Assembly: GCA_965203295.1 (NCBI GenBank)
Contig: CBDBCZ010000017.1
Location: 2,304,001-2,368,000 of the forward strand
Direction: 5' to 3'
Length of the DNA: 64,000 nt
From: Nitrospirales bacterium
GTDB taxonomy: Bacteria > Nitrospirota > Nitrospiria > Nitrospirales > UBA8639
This document shows positions 32,765 through 45,400 of the stretch, piece by piece (the first letter of the stretch is position 1; each line of letters starts with the position of its first letter). The translations under genes and the position numbers were made by a program. Under the pieces are notes generated by a model. That model saw only the letters and a list, made by a program, of their open reading frames with translations, had not been told where the DNA came from and ran no database searches.

Positions 32765-35700
32765 TTTTTTTTTTTTTTTTTTTTTTTAATTTTTTTTATT
32801 TTTTATTTTTACGGTGCAGGTGTACGTACGTACGTACAACGATACACATAATTAGAACATAATAGAAAAGTTAAAGAGTCAAACTTGGCCGTCCACTGCG
32901 GCCGGTCGGACTGGCAGGCGGCGAATCCACAGTGTGGCATTACCCTTCCATAGGGAGATTGCCAACCTTTGGAAAAGATGGCGAGTGGTCTCGGATGGAG
33001 GGATCCCCAGACGCTGCCCTTGGAGACGGCCAATGCTGGAAATGGTGTGGCTGGCTTCTAGACTCCACCCCCCTAGGCTTTCCACCACAAGTGGGACGAA
33101 GGAGACCCCGACGGAACGGCAGTCTTCGGCGTGGGCCGCCATCTTTCTCTCCTCCCCCACGGTCAGAGCGTGACCCGGGGTGGTGGCAGCTCCTGTCACA
33201 GTTAGATTCTGCATGGTCGAGATCACAGACACATCCAGGGCAGCGGGCTTGCCCCTCTTCCAGTTCGGAAGGTAAACATCTGCAGGGCGGCTGCTGGAAC
33301 CAGGGATCAGGGACGGAGCCTCCTTCCGCGGCGCAAGGGCGGCCGTTTGGGCCGCTGAGAATAGGGCGTCACGGATGGAGTCGTGCCTGTGGATTCTGTC
33401 TCCGTTCCCGCCACAGCCAACTTGATGGTCCCCAAAGGCATCTGATGCCCCGAGACAGATGGGACAGAGTGCCCCCTCTTCCCCCATCCTCAGGCCCAGC
33501 CAGTACTGGAGGCATAGGCGGAACTCTTTGTCCTGGAGGTGGAGTCCTAGCGAGGTGGACGGGACGACATTCAGCCAGGCACCCGCGTGAGGGAGGGCAG
33601 TGGAGTGGGCTAGAGCCTTGGAGCGAATGTCAGGAGCTGAGGTGAGGAGATGACGAAAACAGGCCTCATCGATGGAGTGGGAGAGGGGACGTTGCCGGAG
33701 GGGGACATCAATCTCCTCCAGGGAAACCCAGTCGGGCCTCTCAGCCGCCTCAGCCAACATGGAGATGGAATTTCCCATAGCCAGGGGAGCCTCTAGAGCA
33801 TGCCCAAGTATCTTAGAAGCCATCTCTTCTGATTGCACCAAGGAACTGATGTAGGCTGCTGGAGCATGCTGGGAGGCCCTCCGGATGTTCAGGCCACCGA
33901 GGGAGCTAGGGAGAGATGCTTTCAACCAAGCCCACTCCGGCAGGGGGCCGCCAGCTAGGTCAGACAGGGCCTCCCTCATGACGTCATCAAAGGCCACGGT
34001 GGCTTCCTGGATGTGGCCTGGAGGACAGGTACGTAAAGAAAAGGAGATCTTCGGCAGGGCAAGGCACGAGCGGAGGAGGGTTGTCTCCATCTGAGAGTCC
34101 TCCAAATCTGGAAGCCGAGACAGGGTCTCTCTCACTTTTGCCACCCTTTTCCCCACGGCGGCCTCACAGAAGGTGGGGGACCCAATGGGGGAGCCAAGGA
34201 GGACGAAGCCCTCTCTTGTGATGGGGATATCTGATGGAAGCTGATTGAGGGACGAGTCTGAGCCAGCCGGGATGAAAAGGAGGGACTTACCACGATTTAG
34301 GTGGAGACCCCGGTCGGGGCCTTCGGTCTCAATGATCTGCAAGGCGGCCTTGAGATCCGAAGGGGAGCCGACAAGGGTCCCATCATCAAGGTACCAGGCG
34401 TTGATCCTCAGACCTGGCACCTCTTGGTGGATGCGCTCTATGACGGGATGTAGGGTCAGAGCGAAGCCCAGAGGCCCAAGGGGGTCTCCTTGTTGCACAC
34501 CGCACTTACTTAAGATGGTGTTATCACCCAGATGGAGGGTCGGCTGGGCGCCATAGCAGCACTCCATCCAGGCAGAAATGCCTGGGATGCGGGACCTGGT
34601 CTCCACAAACATGTGACTTCGGCTGATGCTGTTGAAAGCATTAGAGAAGTCAAGTAGAAGGGCCCAACTCTCATTGGGAGGGGTATTTGGGTCGACCAGG
34701 GTGCTGGCTACCGAGTGGACAACCGCTTCGCAGCCTGCCTTTACTCCCACCCCGACTTGTAGGGGGGTGAGGGATCTGAAGGCCTCATCCTGCACACAGC
34801 GAGAGAGGCACTTTGAGGTCAGGCGGCGTAAAACCTCTCCCACAGCAATGGGGCGGAGCCCTCCACCTTTCTTCTGGCATGCAAGAAGGGTAGCACCACA
34901 GAGGTGTGGGATAACATCGGCAGGGGCTTGACCCGCACTGAGGAGCTTCACCAAACCTGTGAGAGCACGGAGAGCGTGAGCAGCTCGATCCGGGGAGGGG
35001 CACTGGACAGCTTCCCTGAGGTGACTCGCTCTGAGACTTGAAGGACCGGGGGCAGAACCACTAGGGAAGGACTTCAGGGCTTTTAAAACCACCGTCTCAG
35101 AGATGTCAACAGAGGTGGGTGGAGGGTCGAGAGGGATGAGAGGAGGGGGGGCCTGTGGATGTTTGGCCTGCATTTCCTTCAGGACCTCGGCGGAGGGGGG
35201 TGCTAGGCCTCCAGAAGACAGGGCTTGGATGGCCTTCCCATACTGCCCGTCCTCCACTGCACGCTTGGCGCGTCTGGCATTGGTTCTCCTTAGGAGCTCT
35301 GGAGTGGTGTCTTTTGGTGTCCTGCGGCGCCGTGTGCCCCTGGTTCCCTTCGCCAGCATCTCAGACCAAAGCTCAACGAAGTCACCGGCGCGCCACCTCC
35401 TAATGCGAGATCTCACCAGGTTTAGAGTCTCGCGCCAGTGCATACGCCCACCTCTCACAGGGTTGGCCAAAATGCAGCGGGGGAGCATGAAGCACTTTGA
35501 CCATGCTAGCTGGTCGGATGGCACCTGGCAGATAGAGTCCAAGGCTTCCCCCAACACGCCTGCCCAGGCATCTCTGACTCCTTTGGGGACGTGCAAGAGG
35601 GTGGGCAATTTTGTGCTAAAAATGGACTCAAATGATGGGAGGGCTTGAGCATTGGGGGTAGGTTGGCTGGGGGAGGAGGAGATGTTGGGTGCCAGGGCAT

Positions 35701-36111
35701 GATTGGAGGACGGCAGAATGGGAAGTGAGCCTGGCAAGGACCCCGCTGGAGGTGTTGTGGTGGTAGAGCTGACCCCTGATAGGACGTGCGTCTGGGAAGG
35801 ACCCGTGGTGGTAGAGTTGAGGCAGCTACCGAGGCGAATAGGCAGACAACTGACACAGGACTTGCCAGCCTTTACACAGGAGCAATTCCTACAGGTGCCA
35901 GTACGGTTGCAACGGCAGCAGGTCATGTTGGTACCCAGGACAGGCTAGCTCGAAACTCAAAAATTCAAATTGGTGGGCACCAAATAGAAAACGAGAGCGT
36001 CACCGCCCTCAGCGACAGAGCGGCCTCCTGGACTCTATCCCGTCGCCTGAGGGCTTAAGGGCTCCTGGGCCGACCGCACTGCCGCAGAGGGGAACTGGGA
36101 CTAAAGCCTGA
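32765..36111 (-). mobile_element. Full-length CRE-clade-like non-LTR retrotransposon (RLE type)
   Basis: Single ORF, short 3' UTR, poly(A) tail (T-run 32765-32810), flanked by TTAAGCAA(TT) direct repeats. Confidence 0.9.
32879..35926 (-). CDS. Reverse transcriptase with N-terminal Cys-rich module, CCHC knuckle and restriction-like endonuclease (1015 aa, intact)
   Basis: SAPGPSSLR, GLRPIAVGEVLRRL, LLDFSNAFN, GVQQGDPLGP, WYLDDG; CPIC...GDHQVGC, RHD, RPAD, ALDVSV. Confidence 0.95.
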   Translation of the reverse strand: MTCCRCNRTGTCRNCSCVKAGKSCVSCLPIRLGSCLNSTTTGPSQTHVLSGVSSTTTTPPAGSLPGSLPILPSSNHALAPNISSSPSQPTPNAQALPSFESIFSTKLPTLLHVPKGVRDAWAGVLGEALDSICQVPSDQLAWSKCFMLPRCILANPVRGGRMHWRETLNLVRSRIRRWRAGDFVELWSEMLAKGTRGTRRRRTPKDTTPELLRRTNARRAKRAVEDGQYGKAIQALSSGGLAPPSAEVLKEMQAKHPQAPPPLIPLDPPPTSVDISETVVLKALKSFPSGSAPGPSSLRASHLREAVQCPSPDRAAHALRALTGLVKLLSAGQAPADVIPHLCGATLLACQKKGGGLRPIAVGEVLRRLTSKCLSRCVQDEAFRSLTPLQVGVGVKAGCEAVVHSVASTLVDPNTPPNESWALLLDFSNAFNSISRSHMFVETRSRIPGISAWMECCYGAQPTLHLGDNTILSKCGVQQGDPLGPLGFALTLHPVIERIHQEVPGLRINAWYLDDGTLVGSPSDLKAALQIIETEGPDRGLHLNRGKSLLFIPAGSDSSLNQLPSDIPITREGFVLLGSPIGSPTFCEAAVGKRVAKVRETLSRLPDLEDSQMETTLLRSCLALPKISFSLRTCPPGHIQEATVAFDDVMREALSDLAGGPLPEWAWLKASLPSSLGGLNIRRASQHAPAAYISSLVQSEEMASKILGHALEAPLAMGNSISMLAEAAERPDWVSLEEIDVPLRQRPLSHSIDEACFRHLLTSAPDIRSKALAHSTALPHAGAWLNVVPSTSLGLHLQDKEFRLCLQYWLGLRMGEEGALCPICLGASDAFGDHQVGCGGNGDRIHRHDSIRDALFSAAQTAALAPRKEAPSLIPGSSSRPADVYLPNWKRGKPAALDVSVISTMQNLTVTGAATTPGHALTVGEERKMAAHAEDCRSVGVSFVPLVVESLGGWSLEASHTISSIGRLQGQRLGIPPSETTRHLFQRLAISLWKGNATLWIRRLPVRPAAVDGQV

Positions 36112-36579
36112 TTAAGCAATTGGTTAAGCAATTGGTTCTGTCTGTCCGTCCGTCTGTCCGTCTGTCAGGTGTCTGTCCACTCAAAAATCGGACGCGATTT
36201 ACGGGGTTAAACGATTGCTAAACACGACAGTAACATTGAACTAGTTTTCAGAGTATTGATGGTATGCACCATGCATGCATTAATTCTCCTTTAACCAGGA
36301 TAGTGAAGATCTCGATGCCAAGATATCAGGTGCACTGTTAAAACTGGGGTGTAGCTGTTACACTACAGGGTGTAAGTAAATGTAGGGATAGAGGTGAAAG
36401 TATAGTACATTGGTGTAAAGTGAATGAAAAGGGTGTAAGTTGAAGGCAAGGTAGTATTGTATGATGTAATGCTAATTAACACGTTGAAATTAAGCATATA
36501 AAGATATTGAAATGTAGACGAGTGTCTATGTTGTCGAAAACGCTTACAATGACCAGAAACATTCCCGAAATTATACTAA

Positions 36580-36938
36580 CAATAATTCCGAGCGAAGCGA
36601 GGCTATACTCCGGTTCCATTGACCTTTTTCGTCGTCATGGTCCACGTCCCTCCCAGCCACTTCTCCGGACATATAGCCTACCAAACTCGCAGCGAACACT
36701 TACCTTCGTTACAGAACTCTGTACGAGAGACTTGGAAGCGCTCACTATTACAGCGGGCCTGCTTCAGCCTGTGGTCTTCCAGGCGCATTATTGCGCGTAG
36801 CCATTTTTTATTTGGGGTTGTAGGCGTGCCCTGTTACGTTTGACCTTTTTCTGCTTGGTAGGCGCGCCGCAAAATATATGGCCACACCCAGCAATTCTCG
36901 CGAAGCGAGGACATCCCTGCACATTGTGTATCACTAGT
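36580..36938 (+). mobile_element. Probable HINE/Helitron-like short element
   Basis: CCGAGCGAAGCGAGG near start, CTCGCGAAGCGAG hairpin near end, then GCACATTGTGT and CACTAGT terminus as in 20292-20464. Confidence 0.4.
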
Positions 36939-36944
36939 TATTAA

Positions 36945-39900
36945 GGTCACAAAATGCAGTGTATACAATTTGTCAGAAACATTCACAACGAGCACAAACG
37001 CCCCCGAAATTCAAGCACATGCAGCGATTGAGCATAATATTGATGTTATTGTAAATGCAGTACAAGTGTTACAGTATCTACTTTGTCACAAACGCTTACA
37101 AAGTAACAGACCTACCAGCTATCACATGTTAGTCATAGAACAAAGATAGCCATTGTTGTAATTGTTACAAAATATTAGAGTCAGACTTGTACCCAGAGAC
37201 ACCATTGTTTGGAAAACTGTATAAATAGTCCGTTGCATTTTGTGCATGTGAGTGATGTGATGTGTATACGTGCTACACTGGATACTGGAGTTGAGTTCTA
37301 TATTATACTGAAGTTGAGTTTTGCGAAGAACCCGGCCCGCGACAAGTGGGGGAGAAATATCGAGCTGTTGACAGCACAATTTGCCGAACTGCGGCATGGC
37401 GGAAGACGGCGTCAGACGCAGGAGAGTGCCCGTGCTCCAGAGAGGCATAACGCCGAGCCAGCCGGGAGAGCACAGAGACTGGCCCAGGAGACTACTGGAG
37501 TCCAGAGAAGCTCTCCGCCTCTCATCAAATGCCCTGAGGCTGTGTCTCGAGGTGAGCAATTAAGTATACAGTCATCTCTGCAATTTGCGCATATTTTGAA
37601 TAGTATTTACCCAATGGCATCTGCCACCATTACCTGAATTCTCCCGAAAATCAAACACATACAAAGGCATTGGAGATGTAGTGCATGTGTTTGGTCATGA
37701 TCAGAAACACTTAAACAGAGCAGAAACGCTCCCAAAATTCAAACACAATGATTTTGCATATGCATTATCACTAACTGACAGACAGATACAGCCGAGATAC
37801 GCTCCCAAAATTCAAACAATGATCAGCATAATTACAATACAATTGAAAATGCAGTGGTTATACCTTGTATATCTTGTCAGAAGCGCTCACAATGAGCTGA
37901 AACGCTTCCAAAATTCAGGCACAGTGGTATAATGTATAATGGTATTGAAAATGCTGTATATGTATGAACACAAACGCTCGCAAAGAGCAGCAACTCACCC
38001 AAAAATGATTATATCAAGGTATTGAAAATGCAGTGTATATGTCTTGTCAGAAATTTTCAAAAGGAGCAGAAACGTGCCCTAATTTTAAACACAATGATTT
38101 GGCATATTAAAGTATTGAAAATGTAGGATATATCTCTTGTCAGAAACGTTACAAAGATCAGAGACTTTTCAAAAATTCAAACACAATGACATAAGATATA
38201 AAGATATTGAAAATACGGTGTGTATATCTTGTCAGAAACACTTACAGATAATATAAACGTGCTCAAAATTCGAAAAACGATGACTTAGCATAACCTGGCA
38301 TAGAAAATGCAGTGTATATTCTCATCAGAAACGCTCACAACGAGCTGAAACGCCCCTAAAATTCAAACACAATGTTTTAGTATAAACTAATGTATAAATA
38401 TTCAGTTGAATAATTGAAAATGCACTTCATGTATCTTGTCAAAAATGTTCACAAAGTGCAGAAACGCTCCTGAAATCATTTTGGCTCTAATGGTAATAGT
38501 GAAAATGTAGTGCAAGTATCTAGTCGAAAAAGATTACTAATTTCTAAGAGCTAAACTGTTCCCAAAATTCAAACACAATGATTTAGGATACAAAACTACT
38601 GAAAGTGCAGTGGATATATCTGGTCAGAAACGCTTACAAAGAGCAAAAACGCTCCCGAACTTCAAACACTATGATTTAGCATATACCGTATTGTCCCGAG
38701 CAAGCGCCCATGGGCGCTTGCAGCTCACGCTAGAAAAATTATGGGTGGGCGCTTACACAGAGGAGCCCTTTGAACTACTCAGTTACCACTGTGTAAGGGC
38801 CCACCCTCCACTTACTTGTACTGCTTCAGCTACTACCATGAAGCCATTGGAAAGAATGCATGCACTTACCCCTTGTAAAGCTTCAGTAGTACTCCAAAGG
38901 AAGCCTAGCCTCTGCATGGCCAGTTAGTGTATTGCATAGTATTGTGTAATACTGGTATGAATACAAGGTGGGCGCTTACACGGAGGAGCCTCCCAGACAA
39001 AAGGCTTATCAAAACTGGGGGGTGGGCGCTTACACAGGGGTGGGCGCTTGCTCGGGACAATACGGTAATGGCATTAAAACTGCAGTGTATATATCTTGTC
39101 AGAAACGATCTCGAAATTCCAACATAGCGAAATTGCAATTAAAGGAATTGAAAATGCAGTGCATGTACCTTGAATGCTATAAATGATTACAAAGAGCAGA
39201 ATGCTTTCGAAATTCAAAAACAATCATTTAGCACATAAAGAAATTGAAAATGCTGTGTATATATCTTGCATAAACGGTCACGAAGACTACAAACTTTCTG
39301 AAGTTCAAGCTCAATGATTTCGCATATAAAAGACGGTGTATATATATATTGTCAGTAATGCTTACTAAGAGCAGAAATGCTTCCGAATTTTGAACACAAT
39401 GAATTTGCATACAAAACTTTTGAAAATGCAGCATGCATGTGTCTTGTCATGAACGCTTACAAATAGCAGAAATGCTCCCAATTTTCAAATACAATGGTTT
39501 AGCGCGCCTATGTAATTATTGAAAATGCAGTCGTCAGAAACGCTCACGATGAGCAGAAACCTTCCCGAAATGTAAGTACAATGACATAGCATAAAAACGC
39601 ATGCATTCGAAATGCAGTTTATATGTCCTATCAGAAACGCTTACAAATAGTAGAAGCTTTCCGAAAGGTTCAAAATGAGCAGAAACGTGCCCGAATTCCA
39701 AACACATTAATTAGCCTATAAAAGTATTGAAAATGCAGTTTATGTATGTTGTCACAAACGCTAACATAGAGCAGGAACGCTCCCGAAATTCAAACACAAT
39801 AGTTAGCATATAATGGCATTGAAAATGCAGTGTTAATACCTTGTCAGAATCGCTTACGGAGAGCAGAAATGCTCCCGATATATAACCACAATCATTTAGC

Positions 39901-40720
39901 ATATAATAATATAAGTGTATTGAAGATTCGGTGGACATTATAATCATGTCAGAAACGTTGAAAACGAGTAGCAACGTGACTGAATTTCAAACCATATAAG
40001 GGTATTTAAAATGTAGTGTACATAACTTGTCAGAAACGTTCATCACAAGTAGAAACGTCCCAAAAATTCAAACACAATGATTGAACATATAATGCTATTG
40101 CTAATGCAGTGTATATATGTTGTCACAAACGTTTACAAAGAGCAGCAACACTCAAACACAATGATATAGAGTAGGGCATTGAAAATGTATAGTGCATGTG
40201 TTTTGTCAGAAATGCTTACGAAGAGCAGAAACGTTCCCGAAATTTAAAACACAATGCTTCAGCATGATATAATTGTAGTGAAATGCTGTGTATAGTCTTG
40301 TTAGAAACGCTTGAAATGAGCAGAAACGTTCCCAAAGTATAAACGCAATGATTTAGCATACAAGGGTATTGAAAATAAAGTGTATATATCTCGACAGAAA
40401 CATGCACAATGAGCAGAAACGTTCCCGAAATTAAAATGCAAAGATTTAGGATAAAATGGTATAAAATGTAGTGTGTTTGTCCTGTAAAAAACGCTGACAA
40501 AGAGCGAAACTTTCCCCAAAGTCAAACACAGTAATTTTGCCTATAATGGTTTTTAAAATGCAGTGCATGTATCGTATCAGAAAGTTTTATAAGAGGTACA
40601 ATCATTCCCGAAATTGAAACTCAAAAATTAGGATATGAAACAAGTATTGGAAGTATGCTGGTTATGTCTCTTATCAGAAGCTCTGAAAAGATGAGACACT
40701 CCCAAATTCAAACGCGTCTA
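36945..40720. repeat. Degenerate satellite, ~92-bp unit, ~30 copies, interrupted
   Basis: Recurrent ATTGAAAATGCAGTG..TATCTTGTCAGAAACGCT.ACAAAGAGCAGAAACG.TCCCGAAATTCAAACACAATGA (e.g. starts 38021, 38114, 38206). Confidence 0.88.
38686..39065. mobile_element. Tc1/pogo-type MITE inserted in satellite
   Basis: Perfect TIRs CCGTATTGTCCCGAGCAAGCGCCCA / TGGGCGCTTGCTCGGGACAATACGG; TA flanks. Confidence 0.92.
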
Positions 40721-41994
40721 CGTAAGTTCATCATACAACACAGAAAAATTTCTCTCCCTTCTCTTCATATGCGATGTTGTGTGTATGGGCATGTACATGT
40801 GTCTAACTTACTGTGTAAAACACATGTACATGATTGTCCATATACACTAACACAGAATGTATTAAAAAGGTGATTAATTCCTTCAAAAAATGTAAATATG
40901 TACAGTTGCTGTCAGATTGTAAACTATTTGTAGGTATATATCATTTCAATGTCAAGTGTATTATTTATAGCTATTTTCCCAGAATAGCAAAAGCTCATAC
41001 ACTAACCCCTGGGAAGATGCTGTCCATGTGTTGAGCCTTTCTTGGAATCAATACTTGAGAGTAAGTGTCGGTCTAGACAGGCTAGACTTCGGGTTCGCTA
41101 TGCTGACTACAACGCTTGAAGCATGCAGACTGAATCTACCATGCGGATAACTGAACAGTTTCAGAGTCAAAACTTTACTTCAACAGTAGCAGTGATAGAC
41201 AGCAAAAACTTGAGCGGACTGAAAGTGTGAGAGGGTACAAGTGTGAAAAAAAACAGAGGCCTTACTAGTGCACAGATCAAAATGAAGCCAATGACATAAT
41301 GGTGGCGGGCGTCGCACAAAGAACTATTGAAGTAAAGACAGTGACATAAACATTACATACACTAAATAAATCTAGAGAGTCCTAACTGAGCAAAACACCA
41401 TGTTCAAGGACAATGTTTGTCATGTACATTAACTTGTAGGCCTTGTCTGCTATTGGATATGACCTTAACTGGGAATCTTGGTACATGTTTTGCAGTTTCT
41501 TGTGGAGGTACTACATCAGAAGAAGGGTTTCATTTTGAAGGCAGACAAAAAAGAACCATTCTATCAGGTGCTTGTGTAGACCTATGAAGACTTCCTCATG
41601 TTGTGAAATGCAGAGTTTCCTTGCAAGGTCTTGCAATGTTCTAGCATAGCTTTCTTGCAGAATTTTGTAAGTTATCTAGCAGACTTCTTGCAGGACTCAC
41701 AAGGATTTTGGCCGCTTCTTGCATGATCTTGCATTTTATTTCTTGCAAGCCCTTGCAAAACTTCTCATCATGCAACAAAAATCTTGCAAGGTGTTAGAAT
41801 CTTGTGTTAAAATTTGCATGACTCATAGAAAAATCCTGCAAGATCTGGTGCAAGAACCTTGCAAGACATTCATCAGCTTCCTTATATATTGACTCCAGTT
41901 GCCCTGGATAACAATAGATAATTATGTATATAATACGTATTTCTGTCTTATATGATTTCTGTATTATAAGCTTGCTATTGTTTGGTGCGTGCTA

Positions 41995-42215
41995 TGTGAC
42001 CATTATCCAGCGTTGTGAGCATTTTCTGATAGTTGTGAGCATTTTCTGGAGTTGTAAGCATTTTCTGATATAGTTGTGAGCAATATCCAGTGTTGTGAGT
42101 ACTTTCAGGGGTTATGAGCAATATCCAGTGTTGTGAGCAATTTCTGGAGTTGTGAGCAATATCCAGTGTTGTGAGCAATTTCTGGAGTTGTGAGTATTTT
42201 GTGGAGCTGTGACCA
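41995..42215. repeat. ~19-bp tandem repeat (alternating variants)
   Basis: GTTGTGAGCAATATCCAGT / GTTGTGAGCAATTTCTGGA; preceded by a CTTGCAAG-rich tract at 41610-41870. Confidence 0.85.
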
Positions 42216-42457
42216 TTGTCGTAATGGGCAGCAGAAAGATCTCAACATTGCATCCAGATTTGAAGGTGTTGCAGATGTGTGTATATGTTTATGTGGGTGT
42301 ACATACATGTACGTGTATAGCCATTTGATTAACAGTTATATAAATAAAACCAGGGTGTATTAATAACAGCCAGAGCTCTGTATTGTGCATGATGTGAATA
42401 CAGAAAAGGGGAAAGTTAATTTGTAACATGTTTTTGACATCCACTTTGCACTTTCAG

Positions 42458-45400
42458 TCTGAGGGAGACTTTGAGATGACCACTCTGCTTCGATCAAATA
42501 TGAAGAATATCCTCAATCTCCTACTACTCCACTTGAGCACTCACAGGGAGAGAGTACTGGCTGGGATAAAGATGCTTGCAGAGATGAACCAGTTGGCTGG
42601 AGAGGAGAAACCACTGCAAATGGACAGTGAGAAGCAGATGGTGAGTTGGCATTGTCTTTACTGTGCCACCAGTGGAAGTGGCGTAGGTCAGAGTCTGAAG
42701 AAATATCTTTCATAGCAAATATTATTTGTGAGAGCTGCACGAAACTGTTCACAACGTTTCATCAAACCACTCTCATTGCAAATATTCACTTATGAACTTT
42801 CCTGAAACTTCACAAAGGATACATGTAGCTATATCCATGTACGTGAAGCTTCAGTCCAGAACAGTTTGCATAATAGAGTTAATAACACCAGGTACATGTA
42901 TACTGAGACGCGCTAGCACTGAATTCATAAATTCCCGGAAGTGAGCAGAGGCTTCGATCGCTAGTACAGACCGTTCACATTTTGATTGAAAGTTTGGTGT
43001 TCCGCCTTGCTTGGTTCTGGAGCTATAACCTTCCAAGGTTTAAATTCTGACATAGCTATGATCAGACAAATGTATGTATTGTCGGACTCCGTTCCATGTT
43101 TCTTCCCTAAAGTAACTTCGCGTGACCTTATTTGGAAGCCCCACTACCATACTGCTGCATGCCAACTTTTCGCCATGGTATCTGCTTTGAGCAGGGAGGG
43201 GTGCTGCTGAATGTAGAGCCGTATCACCCTCTCTGTAGTCGGTCAGAGAATTTCGTCTTTATTTGGTGTAGAGACCCAAAAACACTCTCTAACACTAAGG
43301 ATTTGGATATTGTTGTTAAGTACAGGTGCTTAGCATCACAACAGTGCAAGCCCGATGTTTATACATTGCATGGTTCTCGAGATAGAGAGAGATAGAGTCA
43401 TTTATTTTAAAACTTATGATGCTGAATTAAGGCTTTTAGTGGATGAAATCAGATAAAACAGTTCTATCTCAGGAAGGACACAACGTATAAACAATAGACT
43501 TGAACTTTTGTGTTGCTAAGTGTCTGTACATTCCCATCCTAACATTAGAGAGTGTTGTGGGGTCTCTACACCGAAAAAGAAACAAATTCACTGTCCGATA
43601 GTGGAGAGAGTGACACGTACGTCTCTACATTCAGCAGCACCCCTCAGTGCTCAAAGCAGCTACGATGGCGAAAGGTTGGCATGCAGCAGCATAGTAGTGG
43701 GGCTTCCCAATATATAAAGAAAGGTCACTGGAAGTTACTTCAGGGAGGAAACATGGAACGAAGTCCAATAATACATACATTTGTCTGATCATAGCTTTGT
43801 CAGAATTCAAACTTTGGAAGGCAAACAACGAAGGAACACCAAAATTTCAACTTGAAGTGCGAAGGTTCTGTACTGTCAAGTGAATGCTCAGCCCACTTCC
43901 GATAGTTTACATGCTCAGCGCTAGCGTGTCTGATCATCAGTAACTTACTCTACGTGTACATGAACTTCAGAGATGTGTACACATACATATAATCTCGAAG
44001 GATGGTATACATTGCACTCAATTGCATGTGTCTACATGAGCTTCATGAAGGCTCATGAGTGCTTATAGCTTTATGGGTGGATTGTATATAAAGTTCAGAA
44101 TGCCAACTTCACACGAAGCTTCACAACAGGTCTCAATTATCTCATAGGGATATTGTTTTAGCAATGCACTGAGTGGCTGTCTTGTGTGGTTAGTCGCTGC
44201 TAGTTCAAGGAAGTTTCAATTTCTGGGAGCTCTTTTTCGGAAGTATTTTCAACTTCTCAATAATATTCAGACTTACAATACGAAGGATTGAGATCCCTGT
44301 ATCACAACTATTCGCAAGGTTTCCTACATAAATGTACATGTATTTCTGTACATTTCTTTCTACATCTAGTATCGTGTGCCTAGACCAGAACTAATTAATA
44401 CTGTCCTCTCTCTTTATTGTTTCAAGTTGTAGTGCTTTTTACCAGCTGGGTGCATTCAAAGCGTATGATGCCTTCAAGTTTTCTGCATTTTTTTGTCTGT
44501 CTGTCTGTTTGGTGTCTGTATTTCCGCACTTAACACATATTCTATGCAACTGTGCATGTACGTAGTCTACCAGTAGTTTTGAAAGGTTTGTAGACCAAAC
44601 TACAGCAAGTTTAGTCCTAGACAGCCATGCTAATCCTGTTTTAGTAGGTTACAGCTGTTAACTGCAAGTGTACAACAAATCTCAGCCTTAGCCTGTTATA
44701 TGTACATGTACATTTAGTCTGCAGTTGCATTAGTTTGCCCTGTCCTGTTTGTAAAGCTGTTTGATCCTTGGGTGTTTCACTCAACTTCTCAGCTGAAATA
44801 ACACTCAAAATCAGCTAAGAAGGTAGCTTCTCAAGGGTAGGTAGCAGATCTGGCAGACTTGCTACCTACCCTTGAGATGCTAAAGTCGAGTTTAAGTGCA
44901 GTGAGTTCTCTGTATAGTTCTGTGTGGCTAAGAATTACTCATTTCTACTACTTTTAAATGGAAACACTATAGTCTCTTTTGTAGACATCCGGTTACCACT
45001 GAACATGACTGCTGTATTGTGATCGAAACGTTTGGTGTTTGTTTGAGAGAGGCCAGTGTTTCCATCTAGTAGTGTAGTAAGTTGCTTGTGTATATTTAAT
45101 TCTTTGCCTTTTTTTGCAGGCTGAGTATTTGCACTGAGTATTTGCAGCCCCATCTTCATGGTTTGGTTGTATTCCTGAATTAACTGATTCGACTGGAGTA
45201 TTTTGAGAACAGTATAGGCTAAGCAGAGGAAAACTGGTTAGTATCTTGTTGTTTTTCTCGGTTTCTAGGAGTAACTGGAAAAAATTGTTATTGGTGACAT
45301 GTCAAGCAGTGACTGTAGATAGAACATGTATGTATGTAAGCAAACCTTGTGACAGCACACAAAATTTAACTTATGAAGCAATAACATGGTACCTTTGTTT

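Noticed and set aside
32932..35948. Several plus-strand ORFs opposite the reverse transcriptase
   Set aside because: GC-rich antisense shadows with no recognisable motifs.
41995..42215. 19-bp repeats as CRISPR or operator array
   Set aside because: No spacers; a simple two-variant tandem repeat, more likely subterminal repeats of a decayed element.
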